A DNA stretch of 36,007 bases, taken from NCBI GenBank assembly GCA_964255105.1, contig CAXUWE010000008.1:1-36007 (forward strand). Direction: 5' to 3'. The translations under genes were made by a program, and so were the position numbers. This DNA is from Porpidia crustulata (lineage: Eukaryota). Position 1 is the first letter of the stretch. Each line of letters begins with the position of its first letter. Below the pieces are notes generated by a model. That model was not told the DNA's origin and made no database searches. It worked only from the letters and a program-made list of their open reading frames with translations. Shown in pieces: positions 10,751-23,400 of this stretch.

Positions 10751-10950
10751 TCTCGAAGGAATAGATATGGGTGTTGACTGATGGCTTAGTGAACCCGTAT
10801 CATGAGCAATCCGGGTGAGACTATGTTCTGGAGGCCTTAGGTGGGGGGGTTGCGCGAAGGTGTGAAGGATCATTGACGTAGCTCTCGGAGAAATAGGTAT
10901 GAGTGTTTGCTGATAACGGAGTGGATCGGTATCATGGGCAATCCGGGTGA
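10751..10950. repeat. ~68-bp diverged direct repeat, 132-bp spacing
   Basis: TCTCG...GTATCATGrGCAATCCGGGTGA at 10751-10818 and 10883-10950; in frame in ORF 10736-10975 (TRIAHDT twice). Confidence 0.85.
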
Positions 10951-11450
10951 AAAGCTTATTAAAAGCCTGAGGCATATCTCGAAGAGTCGATAAGATCTGA
11001 GACCCTCTTGTGAGATTTTATGTCTCAGAAGATTCACCGAGATATTGATGTAAGCGATATTCCTTGATAGCTTCGTTCACAAAATGAACGCCGTGTATAT
11101 GTGTTCTTCAGTTGCTTCCTATATATATGTTAGTATCGTTCAACGAGAAGAGATGACACTACGTACCGTATAATCCGGGCTCAATAGTAGCAACTTCTGA
11201 TAATCTTAGCCACGCTCAGCCAACCTCTGTTACAGTACGTGGATTGACCTCCATTCTTTCCACGTTAAATGAAACAAGAATGATATTTCGATTGATATTC
11301 TTCAAGGGGTTTGGACAGGTCCACTTCGCTCAAAGGATGCTTGAGGAGGAGAGCTGTAATGGAGCGCTATTGGCGATGTAGGGGTATGAACGCTATATCC
11401 TGGAAGCCTTAGATGAGAGGAAGTTGCGCGAAGATGTGGGGGAATGATCA

Positions 11451-12000
11451 TTAGCGTAGCTCTCTTGAGATATTTTTCAAAGGGTTCAACAACGATGATT
11501 TATCCCCTCGATTCCCTTTCCAGTTTAGCTGCCATCGAGACTGACTGGCCAGAATTTGCCTGCTCGAGAAAGCAGACATAGGAGGTCTAGCAATGTATAA
11601 TATCCAAAAGGGGATTGTCACCTCATTATGATCATAGACGTTGGAGTGGTATATGCCCTTCTCAACGGGAATTACTCTGAATTTCGTATTCCCGGTACGA
11701 TACTTCTCCTTGCGGGTCGCAAAAATAATTAAATCTTCAATCGCTTCAAAGGCAAGACAACCCATATTAGCCATGGGCGCATAAACTCTCAGGACTTGAT
11801 CTCTGTTCCCACAGTGAGCCATTCCAACTGGCATTAGCTCATCCCAATCTGCCTAATTAGCTCCCAAAGAAATATTCAATCTCCCCTCCGACTCGACGCA
11901 CTTGCAGGGGAAAAACAGGGCCAAGATTGCACCTTGCCAGTGCACCTTTGACGCATTCCATATTTCAGATCTCCATATATCGTATCTGAGAATTGAGGAT
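11451..12000 (-). pseudogene. Orphan gene Y, copy 2 (intron-containing remnant)
   Basis: ORF 11451-11834 is extended by a plausible phase-0 intron 11901-11853 (GTGCGT...GCTAATTAG). The upstream exon contains a TGA. Weak similarity to ORF 4076-4627. Confidence 0.35.
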
Positions 12001-13000
12001 ACCCCTTTGCAGCGTAGAGTCTGCGATTTGTGTCATCGAACCCCACTTCTGTCATCTCGTATATCCTCGATCTTGTGTAGACATCGTGAAAAAGCGAAAC
12101 GCGAAGCCACAGTCTTTCGATGAGAACTATAAATTGCAAAAGCGAAAGCAATTCCCCACTCGAGTAGATTTTGATGTTTCATAGAGGTTCATCTTTGTTG
12201 ATCCTTTTATCAATCTCGAAAAGAAATTTCTGACCGTAGCTGAAATCCTAGGTCATATCGAAACCTGTGGTTGACGAAATCTATTGTCCTACTACTATTA
12301 AATGGTATTTGAGACGTGTAAATCCGTCGCAAAAGATATTTCTTTCAAATACGCTTCCAGAAATTCATTCTCGACCAATGCCTAGCTTCTTATCACACCC
12401 TGATCTGCCTCACTGCAACAGTTCCCACCCCATGTTCTAACAATTAAAATTTCAATCGTGATGTATGTGAAGTTTCTGCCTATTGTACGTCTGTTCGAAT
12501 ATCCGTTTTTTTCTCCGCGGCAGATATACTGTAGAAGTCGTAACTTTTATCCAGAAATTTCCACGAGACGTAGTATATTCCTAAGGGCATCACCCTGTTA
12601 TTGAGAAAGTGTGAATTGCTGTAGTATTATGGTGTGATCTAGAAACAACTCGGTGGAATTGATGGAATTGATGGAGCTATATATTAGAGCTTGTGTAAAT
12701 CAGCACACAGATGAGATCCGCGTAACCATGCTATGTAAACTGATGAAACAAACCAGGATCAATTTGCAGGAATTGTGGGAAATTTGCGATTAGGAACATT
12801 GGGTTATCGACTTTTTCTTGCTCGGCTCGAGAGCCGACTCGGAAATTAACTGACCGAAGTATTGTCTAAAGAAATTCCAGACTCTGTCGTACATATTCAA
12901 TTCGGCGAGACCTCAGTGATCTTGAGTGCAGCGAGATACTTTTAGCATCGTCCAAAGGAAAAGTCGAAAAGGCGAGAATATCTCTCTATCTCATATGTTC

Positions 13001-13023
13001 ATATATATATATATATATATATA
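13001..13023. repeat. (AT)11 microsatellite
   Basis: Seen directly; lies near the transition from decayed to gene-dense DNA. Confidence 0.97.
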
Positions 13024-14132
13024 AGATTACCATGGCCGCTCCCTCGGCACCGAATAGGATGTTAAATTGATGCATCAATGGAAATTGCAAAAGCCAAGCC
13101 GCATCTTCTTGATCTTGCTGTATGTATTTGTGCCCAATGTCCCGTGCTATTTATCTTCCCGGTTCTCTCAACGGGCGGACCATGTTCCGATCGCAGCAGT
13201 ACAGAATTGAAATGTCTCGGCATTTCAGTCGGATCGAAAAAAGTGACATGTTCAAGCCAAAGAGCTGCAAGACAATAGACCGGTCTGATTATAATAGGAC
13301 TCATCTAATGGTCTCTTCTGGTATGCTGCCGGTTTGACAGGTTTCCAGGCCATGGTGACGGAGACTGGAGTCCAGATTGCTGGTCTCTGTTCTTTGGATT
13401 TATAGAGTAGTTCCGCCCGAACCACCGAGGATGTGCGAACCATCGAGAACGAGGCTGGCTTGGGAGGATGCCTGCTATTATGTCCATCGCCGGATTGGAT
13501 CGAGCGTAAAGCTCCGTTTGAAGTTAAGTTGCAACTTGTTACTCTTCAAAAGTAGAGTTAGATGAGTTAGATGAGTTAGATGTGTGGGAAGACGCTATGC
13601 TCAATGATCTTTGAACCTTTCTCGGCACATCATGGACAGTGACTCTTGTAGTTGTTATTAGTAAGGCTCATCATCAGTGTACAATATAGCCTCGTGGTAT
13701 TTCGTAGGTAGCATTTTTTAAAATAAGAGATTAAATCAATATTTGGACTTCATGTCGTAAAGTATCGTTGTGGGATCCATTGCCAGGTCAGAGAAACGTG
13801 ATTAGGATATGCAGATTATAAAGATATCTTGCACCGTGTCATTGTTGACGAGTAAGAAGACTCATGGAGATGTGGATATGTTGGGAAGTAATCGTGGGCT
13901 GAATGAGGGATGGGCATGGCTCGTATAGATAGCTGGCTAACGTGAATCTGCGTCGAGATGGAGCCACAGTGAACGAAGGCCAAATTTGCCGGAGTGAAAT
14001 CGTGATCTCTTGATTCAATAAAATGTCAATATAATAGCTATTTCGGCCACGTGATTGTAATTCCTAATGGAGTTTTATCACTGGAGTCTCCACCTTACAT
14101 TCATGTCGGTCCCTACACACTATCAAACTTCA

Positions 14133-15915
14133 TTAGCCCTTTCCCAGACTCATGACCTTGGACATCCTCTCTCCCAGTCGTCCCCCAAGACTGTCTCTCT
14201 TTTCCTCCCTTTGCCGCTCCAACATCTCTCGTTCTTTCTGTGCGCTCTCGCTCTGGTCTTTTCCCTTCTCCTCTTTCTTCTTTCTTTCCCCCGGATGGGT
14301 GATATTGTGAAGTTCTTCAGCCACCTTTTTCTTTTTTTGCTTCATGCGTCCGTAGCCTTCTACACCATAGAGTATGGCGTAGCTTTTGGGTACATTGATA
14401 TGAGACAGATCAACCTTACGGGATTTGAGACTTCGGATAAAGTCGCGGAAATTCGATGCTGGTGGACGGTAGTGGCCGCTGGTAGGCTGTATACCTAAGA
14501 AGTTAGCGGTCATGTTCGTATATAAGCTTGAGGAAACTAGAGGATATACTTCGGATCTGACCATCCTTGATTTTAATGAGCCCAGCTGCAGATATCCGAG
14601 ATCCATGTAGAAACGAGGAATGTTGGAAGGAGCCGCGTTGCTTCATACCGACGTATAGGTTGTTAGAAGTGTCCGCAACCTATGGCATTTCGAATGACTT
14701 CATCAGCATGCACTGAAGTATACTTCACAGTATCTTTACGGGGGATGCTCACAAAAATCCATTTGCTCTTTTTCTTCGTCGGCTTTACAAGAAGATGTTG
14801 AAACATTGTTGCCGGTGCGACTTCTTTCGATTTTTTGAAACGTCGAGCTCCTTTCAAGTCTTCGTTGGCAGAGTCCAGGCTATCTCCGTATGGTTCGTCA
14901 GCTGAGTTGCCGCTGCTGCTTGCTTCACTTGACGATAAGGTCTGTCGTGCCGGACCTCCTTCGTCGCCCCCAATTGGTGAGAATGAGGGCGCCTCATCTG
15001 CGACTGGTACAATTCCATGGATAGAGTCTTTCCATTCCGTAGTTGTATCAATCCGCAGCCCGTTGCGTTTCCAGCATAATCGCCCATGCTCGTCCACCAT
15101 GACGAGGTAGTTCATTCTCTCTTCTCGGCTCAGGTATCGAACCTGGTCCCTGTTCAGACTTTCCCTCGAGCATATGTCCAGGCTCAAATCGCGTCCGTCA
15201 CCATAGTCAAGCCAGTAGAAGAAGTTCTCACGAGTATTGCTATTCTTCCACACGGCGTGGTATTTGCGTAAGTTGCTACCTGTGCCGAGCATGAGCCAAA
15301 CCTACTGGAAGTGCTAGAAATGAATAAGTAATTTACCGTATCTATGTTTGACGTCGATCATCTCAAGGAAGTATTGGAGATCCATCATCTTCGCTGATTT
15401 GATGCGCTCTTGTTTCTCTTCGAAGCGCTTGCGCCGCCGAGCCTCCCTCCGAGCCTCGGATGTCTCATTCTCCGTGCAAGTGGACGATGATGAAGGCCCA
15501 TCTTCACCATCGTCTGCAGCACGACTGGCTATCTTGGCAGCGTGACGCCATTTCTGGTGAGGTGCGGAAGTAGGGCGTACTGAGGTAGGACTACTAGCTT
15601 GCTGAGTGTTGGAAGCGCGAGGTTGGGGGTTCGTGAGCTTCCTATATTGCGCTTCTTTGATGGCCTGGTTTATGAGACTCAAATCAGCTGTAGTAGCCCG
15701 TGTGAATGTTGTCCTTCTCAAACCTCAACCCATCTAGTTGAAGGATTTAGACTTAACCCCTTCAACTCCCGACGCGCTCGATGACCTCTGTAAGTCCGTT
15801 GAACGGTCCGGGCTGCGGCCGACTCCCTCCGCTGGATATCTAACGTGTCGGTAGGATCGTACTTCTTATCAATACTCGCTTCTTTCTCCTCTTGGGCCTC
15901 AGCGATCGATGTCAT
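14133..15915 (-). CDS. IQ calmodulin-binding motif protein (IQM-like family), 5 exons
   Basis: IQ motif VQRTYRGHRARR; conserved blocks YFLEMID.KHRYGSNLR.YH, NFFYWLDYGDG, QVRYLSREER, KWIFV, FQHSSFL.G, SGHYRPP. Introns 15723-15665, 15336-15280, 14752-14680 and 14549-14495 keep the frame. Confidence 0.9.
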
Positions 15916-16655
15916 CTTCACAGGCAGGGCGAAGCCACAAGCGATGATCAACTGTCACGGAAAGTGTGTAGTGGGGTAGGACCGAGACTTGGCGGGGTAG
16001 ATAGTTACTGAATTTCAATGTCTTGGAAAGCTCTTAGGAAGCTGCATGATGCCTGATCGTTGAATCTCAACTCTCTAGGTAGCAAGTCTTAATTACATGC
16101 ACTCACAAAGATCTTCACTCTGGATCAAGCATTTACAAGTGTATGACCTGAAAAGCGCCCAGCAGCAGGCCTGACCGACCGTCGAGTAGACCACAAAGAC
16201 AGACAGGGCTTGAGTGTAATTTAGTAGGTGATTCTATCCGCAGGTACCAGCCTCATGTCCAATGTACCTGCTTGAGCATGGCTTGCACCCATTGAAAGGG
16301 AGCAGGGAGGTAGACACCTATGGGGTTAGGCCCGTACTTGGAGGCGGATCCATGTACTTGACGTGGACGTAACATAATTTCTAGAGAAGAGAATTATAAG
16401 CTCTAGTATATGATATAGAACGTCAAAGTATTACAGGCAATCTACTCCTGCGATAGTTTAAGGGAAAAGCGGTATTACCATGACCTAGCCATTAGGGTCT
16501 GTACCCTAGTCAAGATTAGAAATACGGAACACCGGTGGGGAGGCAAGTCATACTCGGTGACTGCCTCTTAACTTTGAACCTCACATCAAGAAGACCTTCA
16601 CGTGAATCGCGTCACTCCTGTCTGTCGACTCTTACCTAGCCCAAACGCCAGCAAC

Positions 16656-18287
16656 ATGCCTACCAGAGCGGAAGTTGCGTATTTTGGTGAATGCTAGATG
16701 ATGTGCCCGATTTTCTTTTGAATGAGGCTGACAATCCATTAGGGGCCGGACCTGCGCCTATGCCAACAGTGAGTCACTTCCGGGCTCGTAGGCTACCATA
16801 GGTGCTGATACCGTACGCGTGGTAGACGGTTCTCGAAGCAGGTGCCCGGGCATTCGTCAACTACGAAGATACCGGTTTAGGTCTGGCGGAAATCTCGCAT
16901 CGATCACCAACCGCCACTAAGATACTCGCGGACACGAGGGAAGCGTTGAAGTCGCTGCTGGATATCCCCGACAATTATGAAGTCTTGTTCATGCACGGCG
17001 GAGGAAGTGGGGAGTTCAGTGCCGTGGTGTTCAATATGGTGGCCGTATGGGTCGAAAGGAGACGAAGGTTGGCGGAGAAGGAGCTTGGAAATGATGAAGA
17101 GAAGGTTTTGCAAAGGGTGAAGAAAGATATAGAGGACGGCGGGCTGAAGCTAGATTACATTGTGACCGGCTCATGGTCGTTGAAAGCTAGCCAAGAGGCT
17201 GCCAATCTGCTAGAGCCGCTTGCGAATGCATCAAAAGTGAAGGGGTTCATCAACGTTGTTGCGGATGCGAGGACGGAGAATGGAGGCAAATTCGGTACTA
17301 TTCCCTCAGAAGATGCATGGAATTTGACCTCTCATTATGCGGGGGAAAGCGCTTTCGTGTACTACTGCGATAACGAAGTATCTTCTGACTCTCATCTACA
17401 CCTTGCTTCCCATCCGCTGGATTCCTGTCTATCTTGAGAATAAGCTGATGCCGAGAATCACTGTAGACTGTCGATGGCGTGGAATTTCCCGGCTTCCCCT
17501 CAAGCTTAAACCAGCAACCCGGTGAAGAAGAAAGATTAGTAGTGGCAGACATGAGCTCCAATTTCCTCAGCCGGCAAGTTGATGTGAGCAAGTATGCGGT
17601 CATCTTCGGGGGAGCGCAGAAAAACATCGGCATCACCGATGTCACGCTGTTGATCGTCCGCAAAGATCTCTTGACCACGATGCCATCTTCCTCCTTTCTC
17701 CACGCTGTAGGTGTTTGGTCACCCCCAGTGGTTTTCAGCTGGCCAGTAATCGCTAAGAATATCTCTCTATACAACACTATGCCGATATTTTCTATTTGGA
17801 TCGCTGGCGAAGTCATGAGACTGTTGCTGTCTACCCATGGAAACGCCAAGCTTGCAGGGCAAGAAGCCGCTTCGAATGCCAAAGCGGAGCTCATCTATCG
17901 GATCCTTGATGGAAACCCACAACTGTTCCATGTGGTCCCAAATATAGCTGTGCGAAGCAGAATGAATATTTGCTTTCGAATTCGCGACGATGCCACAGAG
18001 AAAGAGTTCCTGAGTGGTGCTGAAGCACAGTTTCTGAACGGATTAAAGGGTCATAGAAGTGTGGGAGGGATTAGGGCAAGCAACTACAACGTCAGTACAC
18101 TTTCTACCCAAACATACTCCGACTTTTAGAACATCGCTTAGAGATCGGCACTGTCTGAATCTGCTGGAGAGCACCGAATATTATATTGATCAGATAAGCT
18201 GACTTCATGAGTATTTAGGCTGTTTCGATGGCAAATGTTCAGAGATTGGCGGACTATCTTGAAGACTTTGCTCGGCGCAAGCAGTAA
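16656..18287 (+). CDS. SER1: Phosphoserine aminotransferase, 5 exons
   Basis: YFGAGPA, EISHRS, FMHGGGSGEF, VTGSWS, YYCDNETVDGVEF, DMSSNFLSR, PLP-lysine GAQKNIG, KGHRSVGGIRASNYN. Introns 16687-16742, 16769-16825, 17378-17466, 18091-18218. Confidence 0.96.
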
Positions 18288-20485
18288 TTGAAGGCAAGGT
18301 TTTCGATACTGCATGTACAAGGAAGCTTATTTTATAATGCATGACGCTGTTCTTGACCGGGGTTATGGAATGGGGGTTGTGCAAGTATACCATCTCCTGT
18401 CACAAATCGTTTAGTGACGAAGGTTTTCATCCCAAAGTTCCCTCATCATACGACCTAGGCACAAGCATATCTGCCATGCTTCGAACCTGAACATTAGCCT
18501 ATGTTCAGACTTGTGAAGTTCTTGGCGGAGCATTCGCTCTCAGTCTTATGTGATCGATATTGAGCATTCAACTTGCCGATGCTCTACCTACCTTATTGCG
18601 CCTCTTATTGCATTATCTACAGTCTGCGGCGTATGAGCTCTCTCACGCGTAAAAGTGGCGCGACGGCCGAAGCCTGAGGTACCGCATCGACCCATATCCT
18701 ACCATGTGCACGAAATGAGGCCATAAGATGACACGTTCATGGAGGGTCTTTGGCCTCGAAACCCGCAGAAGGGCTTGGATAAGTATGGACACTCTACGTT
18801 TATGTATTGGGAATGATGGTTGGTTCTTAGCACTTGGAATCTTATACTTAAAGATGTGATGATTGAGAACGCTCCTGCTGCTGTAAAGACGTTTTATTTG
18901 ACATGTAGGGTTGCAAAGATGTTTTATTCACCAAGTTTACCTGAGGAGTTCCAGAAGGCAGCAATAGTTGTGACAGAGAGATGGAATATTCATAGAGAAA
19001 AGTTGCGGTAGAATGAAACGTAGATAGACATAGGTACAACGAGAAGGAAGGCTGTTCCATTACGGAAATAGATATTGGCAAGCGATGTCATGACCTGTCG
19101 ACGAAAGAGGTCAATCCAGAAACGAGCATAAAGCTCGCAAGCCTATACTTTTTTTTTGCGTTGAATGAAGGTAGAACGTTTTAGAGTCTGCATGGTGAGT
19201 TCGAATACAACTCGATTCTAGGCCCGAGTCGAACGGAATCCATCAATTGGTGTGGCTTCCAGGATGCTCAGGTACCTGGAAGCATGTGAAAATTGCTTGT
19301 CATATCAACCCACTACCTTGGTAAACCAATTTGGTAAATCAATTGTTTTCACGATATATCTGATAGATCTAAACGTTTTCTCTTCCCGATCACCAAGACC
19401 GTAGAATTTGGGGACGAAAGTCGACCCTAGACATTTTTGCCGGACCCATGGTGAGAACATGAAGCCCCTGTGGCTTAACGTTGCCTTGTGGACCATTATT
19501 TGTGGTGGCCGGGCGCCCAAAGCAGGTTTTTGCCGATCCAAGCAGCTAATGCTCCGGGAGCCGATAAAATCCACTAAATTGGCACTTTATGACAGGAGTC
19601 TTGAGAAAGGGTTGCTTGCTTGCAAAACGTCTAGACTCCGCAATCGCAATGCATTTCTCATAATGCAATCTTCGAAACCACGGATGCATTATCGCTGTCC
19701 AGAGGCTATACATAGTCAATCAAGCCCGTAGGAAAGAGCAGTGACAAAGTCAATCTCGTCGGCGGGTCCCCAGGGGAAGTGTCTATCTGGGTCCTGTCTT
19801 TTGCAATTTCCCCAGAAAATGTTAGTGTGCTGAGTGTGTCTTCTTGATAGGTCTGGTTGTCCCCTGAATGCACGCTTTCAAGCGGAACGGCGCAAGGCTG
19901 CAAATGACGGCGGACTGACTAGGCTCTCCTCCATCTGCACGTCTGCATCATCGACATGGTTGACGGTGGTCTAGTGTTTCGAGGCCCAAACAGCTCCAGC
20001 CACTTCTGATCTCCTCTCATTGGTCGCAAGACAGCGTGCGAGCTCCTGTGCGTCTAGCTTGCTGACGCAATGCCCAATCTCCATGCGCGCTGAGCTCCAG
20101 CCCCCTCCTCGCCCATTTCTTTCTTGGCAGCCACAGCAAGTTGCTGCCATGACGTAGTATTCGTAGAGCCCTCCTGTCTCCTGTGCAACGGCATTTAAAT
20201 TATAATGCTTAATCCCAGCCCCCCCCTTATATCCTGAAAAAAATCCAATCGACCAAAATCCACCCCACACGTTTTGTTCATTCTGGCGTATTGTTTATGA
20301 CAAGCGAGAATCAACGCTCCTCTGCTTCCTACGCATATTATTCCTTTCCCCCTACCCCAAATAGAGAATCCGTATCCGGCAGTTCAAACCCAAGTCCACA
20401 CTCGCCACCTCCGAAAACCCCCGTTCAAGGCGAAAGATCGAATCCCGATACACCCTCTCCCCAAACCGCTCGCACATCGAAAAGT

Positions 20486-23400
20486 ATGGCTCCTTCACCA
20501 GCGGCTGGCAAGGGAGCTCCCAATGCCCCGAAGACACCGACGAAGCCGGGCAAAAATCCTGCATCGAGCGCAACATCAAAACTAGGTCAATCTCAAAGCG
20601 TCGCTGACACTCCCAAAAACGCCACTCAGTCAGCGACTAACACTCCTAAATCGGCCACTAAAGGCGCAACGGATAAGGCAAAGTCTTCAGCTCCCAAGTC
20701 TACGTCGTCTCCGAAACTACCTCCAAGACCTAAAGAAGCCGATGGCGCCGTCGGCAAGGCTAAGGAACCGGCTCCCAAGACACCCGAAGCTGTGGAGGAG
20801 ACCAAAGAAAAAGCCGAGGACACAGCAGAAGACGCCAGCGGTAAGATCGGGCTCGAAGACAACGATCCCGCTGAGGAAGCCGACACTGAAGAGGCCGACG
20901 ATACACCTGTAGGCAAGGTCAGTCAGGCTGGTAACGAGACCGGAGCAGAAGATGAGAGCACTGCATCTCAAGCCGACAATGAAGGCGAGGACGATGCTGA
21001 GGATGCACTTGCTGGCGCACAGGAAACTGTTGAAGATGCCGGCGAGGAGACTGAAGTCCCGGATACCGAAGAAGCCGAGGAGGCTACCGAAAATGCTAAA
21101 GATACAGCCACAGGTGCGGCAGGCGGTCTCGCGGGCAAAGCTGGTGGAGCCAAAGATGCCGTTGGAAAGACTGCCGGGGAAGACGCTGCTCCCGAGCCGG
21201 TAGATGATGCTGGCGACGCTGTCAATGGTGTCAAGGAAACAGCTGAGGATGCTGCGGACGACTTTCCAGTCGACCTTTCAGTGCTTAAGGGTCTCGAGGT
21301 TGGCGAAGATGGACAGATCCTGGATAAAGATGGTGAGCCAATAGGACAGCTTGACGAGGGTTCCGCCGAGGATTTAGCCGGCAAAACCATCGGCGATGAC
21401 GGCGAAATCTTGGACGAAGATGGAGATGTCATTGGCCGAGCCAGTGTGCTTCCCGACCGAGCCAACCAACTTGCCGGAGAGGTTGATGAAGAGCTTCCAG
21501 ATGTAGGCGTTCTTGACGGTCTTGAGGTTGGGGAAGACGGAAACATTATGGGTGCTGACGGTACACCGTTGGGCAAACTCATTGAGGGTGATCCGAAAGA
21601 TCTCAAGGGCTTGAAACTCAACGAGAAGGGCGAAATTGTTGATGAAGATGGTGACGTTGTCGGAAGAGCCGAGGTAATCCCAGGTGATGCTGCGGACGCA
21701 CTTGATGACGCCCAGGGGCAACTTCCAGATATCGGTGCTCTCGAAGGCCTCGAGGTTGGCGAGGGTGGAGAGATCTTAGGAGAGGATGGCACCCCACTTG
21801 GCAAGATTGTGGAGGGAGACACCGAGGATCTCGTTGGCCAGAAAATAAACGAAAAAGGTGAGATTCTTGATGATGAAGGTAATGTCATCGGCAAGGCGGA
21901 GATTGTTCCTGGCGAGGCTGCCGATAAGCTAAATGAGGCTGCTCGTGGCATCCAGCCGGATCTCTCCATTTTGCAGGGTAGAAAGGTCAACAAAAAGGGT
22001 AATATTTTGGACGACGATGGAGAACAGATTGGAAAATTGTCCGAGGATTCGGATTTGAAACAATGTGTTGGTAAATCGCCTAACGAGGATGGCGAGATCC
22101 TCAATGCCAAAGGTGAGGTCGTTGGCAAAGTTGAGGTTGTGCCCGGAGAAGCTGCAGACGAAGCTATGAAAGAGCTCCACCCAGAGTTGGCTGAGAAATT
22201 AGAAGAAACGGCCGAGGACGCCGGCGCCGATATCGAAGTTCCAGATCTCTCGGTGCTGGAAGGCCTCAAGGTCAATAAGAAGGGCGAAGTGCTGAACGAA
22301 GATGGAGAGCCTATCGCACGATTGACGGAGGGCGAACTCGCCGATGTCGCTGGCAAGAAACTCAATGCCCAGGGAGAAGTTCTCGATAAGAACGGCAATG
22401 TCATTGGCAGAGTTGAAATGATTCCACAAGCTGAAGAGGAGGCTATCGAAGGTGCTGAAGAAGGTGTTGAAGGTGCTGAAGAAGGCGTCGAAGGCGCTGA
22501 CGTTGTACCGGACATTCCCCTCCCGGACCTATCCATTCTCGAAGGCTTGAAGGTGAACAAGAAGGGTGAGGTTGTCAATGAGGACGGTGACGCTATCGCT
22601 AAGCTCTCGGAGGGCGAGCTCGCCAACTGCATTGGCAAGAAAAGTAATGCCAAAGGCGAGATCCTCGACAGCGAGGGCAATGTCATCGGCAAGCTGGAAC
22701 TCATCGGCCAAGCCGCTGAAGACGCTGCTCAGGCTGCTAAGGAAGCGGCTGCTGCCGATATGTCCATTTTAGAAGGTCTCAAGGTAAACAAAAAAGGAGA
22801 TGTCATCAACGAGGATGGTGATGTGGTTGCTAAGCTTTCCGAGGGAGAGCTTTCCGCCGTCGCGGGAAAGAAGATCAACGCAAAGGGAGAGATTGTGGAT
22901 AGTGAAGGTAACGTCATCGGCAAAGTCGAACTTATTTCTCAAGAGCCCGAGGAGGAGCCTGAAGAGGAAGGATCCGGCTTGCCGCCTTTGTCAATCTTGG
23001 AAGGTCTGAAATGCAACAAATCTGGTAAGATCGTCACTGCAGACGGCAAGCCTGTCGGGGAACTCATCGAAGGAGATGCAAAGAAACTGGCCAAGAGCGG
23101 CGCAGAGTGCGATGCTGAGGGACAATTCTGGGACGGTAAGGGACGTGTCATCGGTCGTGCGCAAACATTAGCGCAAGAAGATGATGACGAAGATTCGCCT
23201 TTCTCTGGCCTTGAAGGCCTTATTGTCGTAAAAGACGGATTCGTCGAGGACATCAACGAAAACAAGGTTGGTGTACTTACGGAGGGCGATCCAAAGAAAT
23301 TGGTGGGTCGTACCGTGGATGAAGATGGTGACGTTCTGGACAAGCGCGGCAATGTTGTCGGTCATGCTGAACGCTATGAAGAACCAGCGGAACCGGAAGA

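Larger units (their letters stand above)
7245..11850 (-). repeat. Copy 2 of the ancient direct duplication (orphan X+Y module)
   Basis: Same anchors as copy 1; starts with an imperfect hairpin AGTC-TAAATA-CCGCGCGG-GATT-GACT (7245-7270). Boundaries approximate. Confidence 0.7.

Noticed and set aside
1..13020. Starship, LTR, LINE or Helitron call for the accessory block
   Set aside because: No tyrosine recombinase, RT, integrase, transposase or Rep/helicase motifs, and no clear TIRs, LTRs or TSDs are visible.
13062..13487. Two same-frame minus-strand ORFs separated by one TAG
   Set aside because: No recognisable motif or splice structure; several equally short ORFs overlap on both strands.
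18487..18508. 8-bp-stem hairpin CTGAACAT/ATGTTCAG downstream of SER1
   Set aside because: Expected by chance in 36 kb, and bacterial-type terminators do not apply in a fungus.
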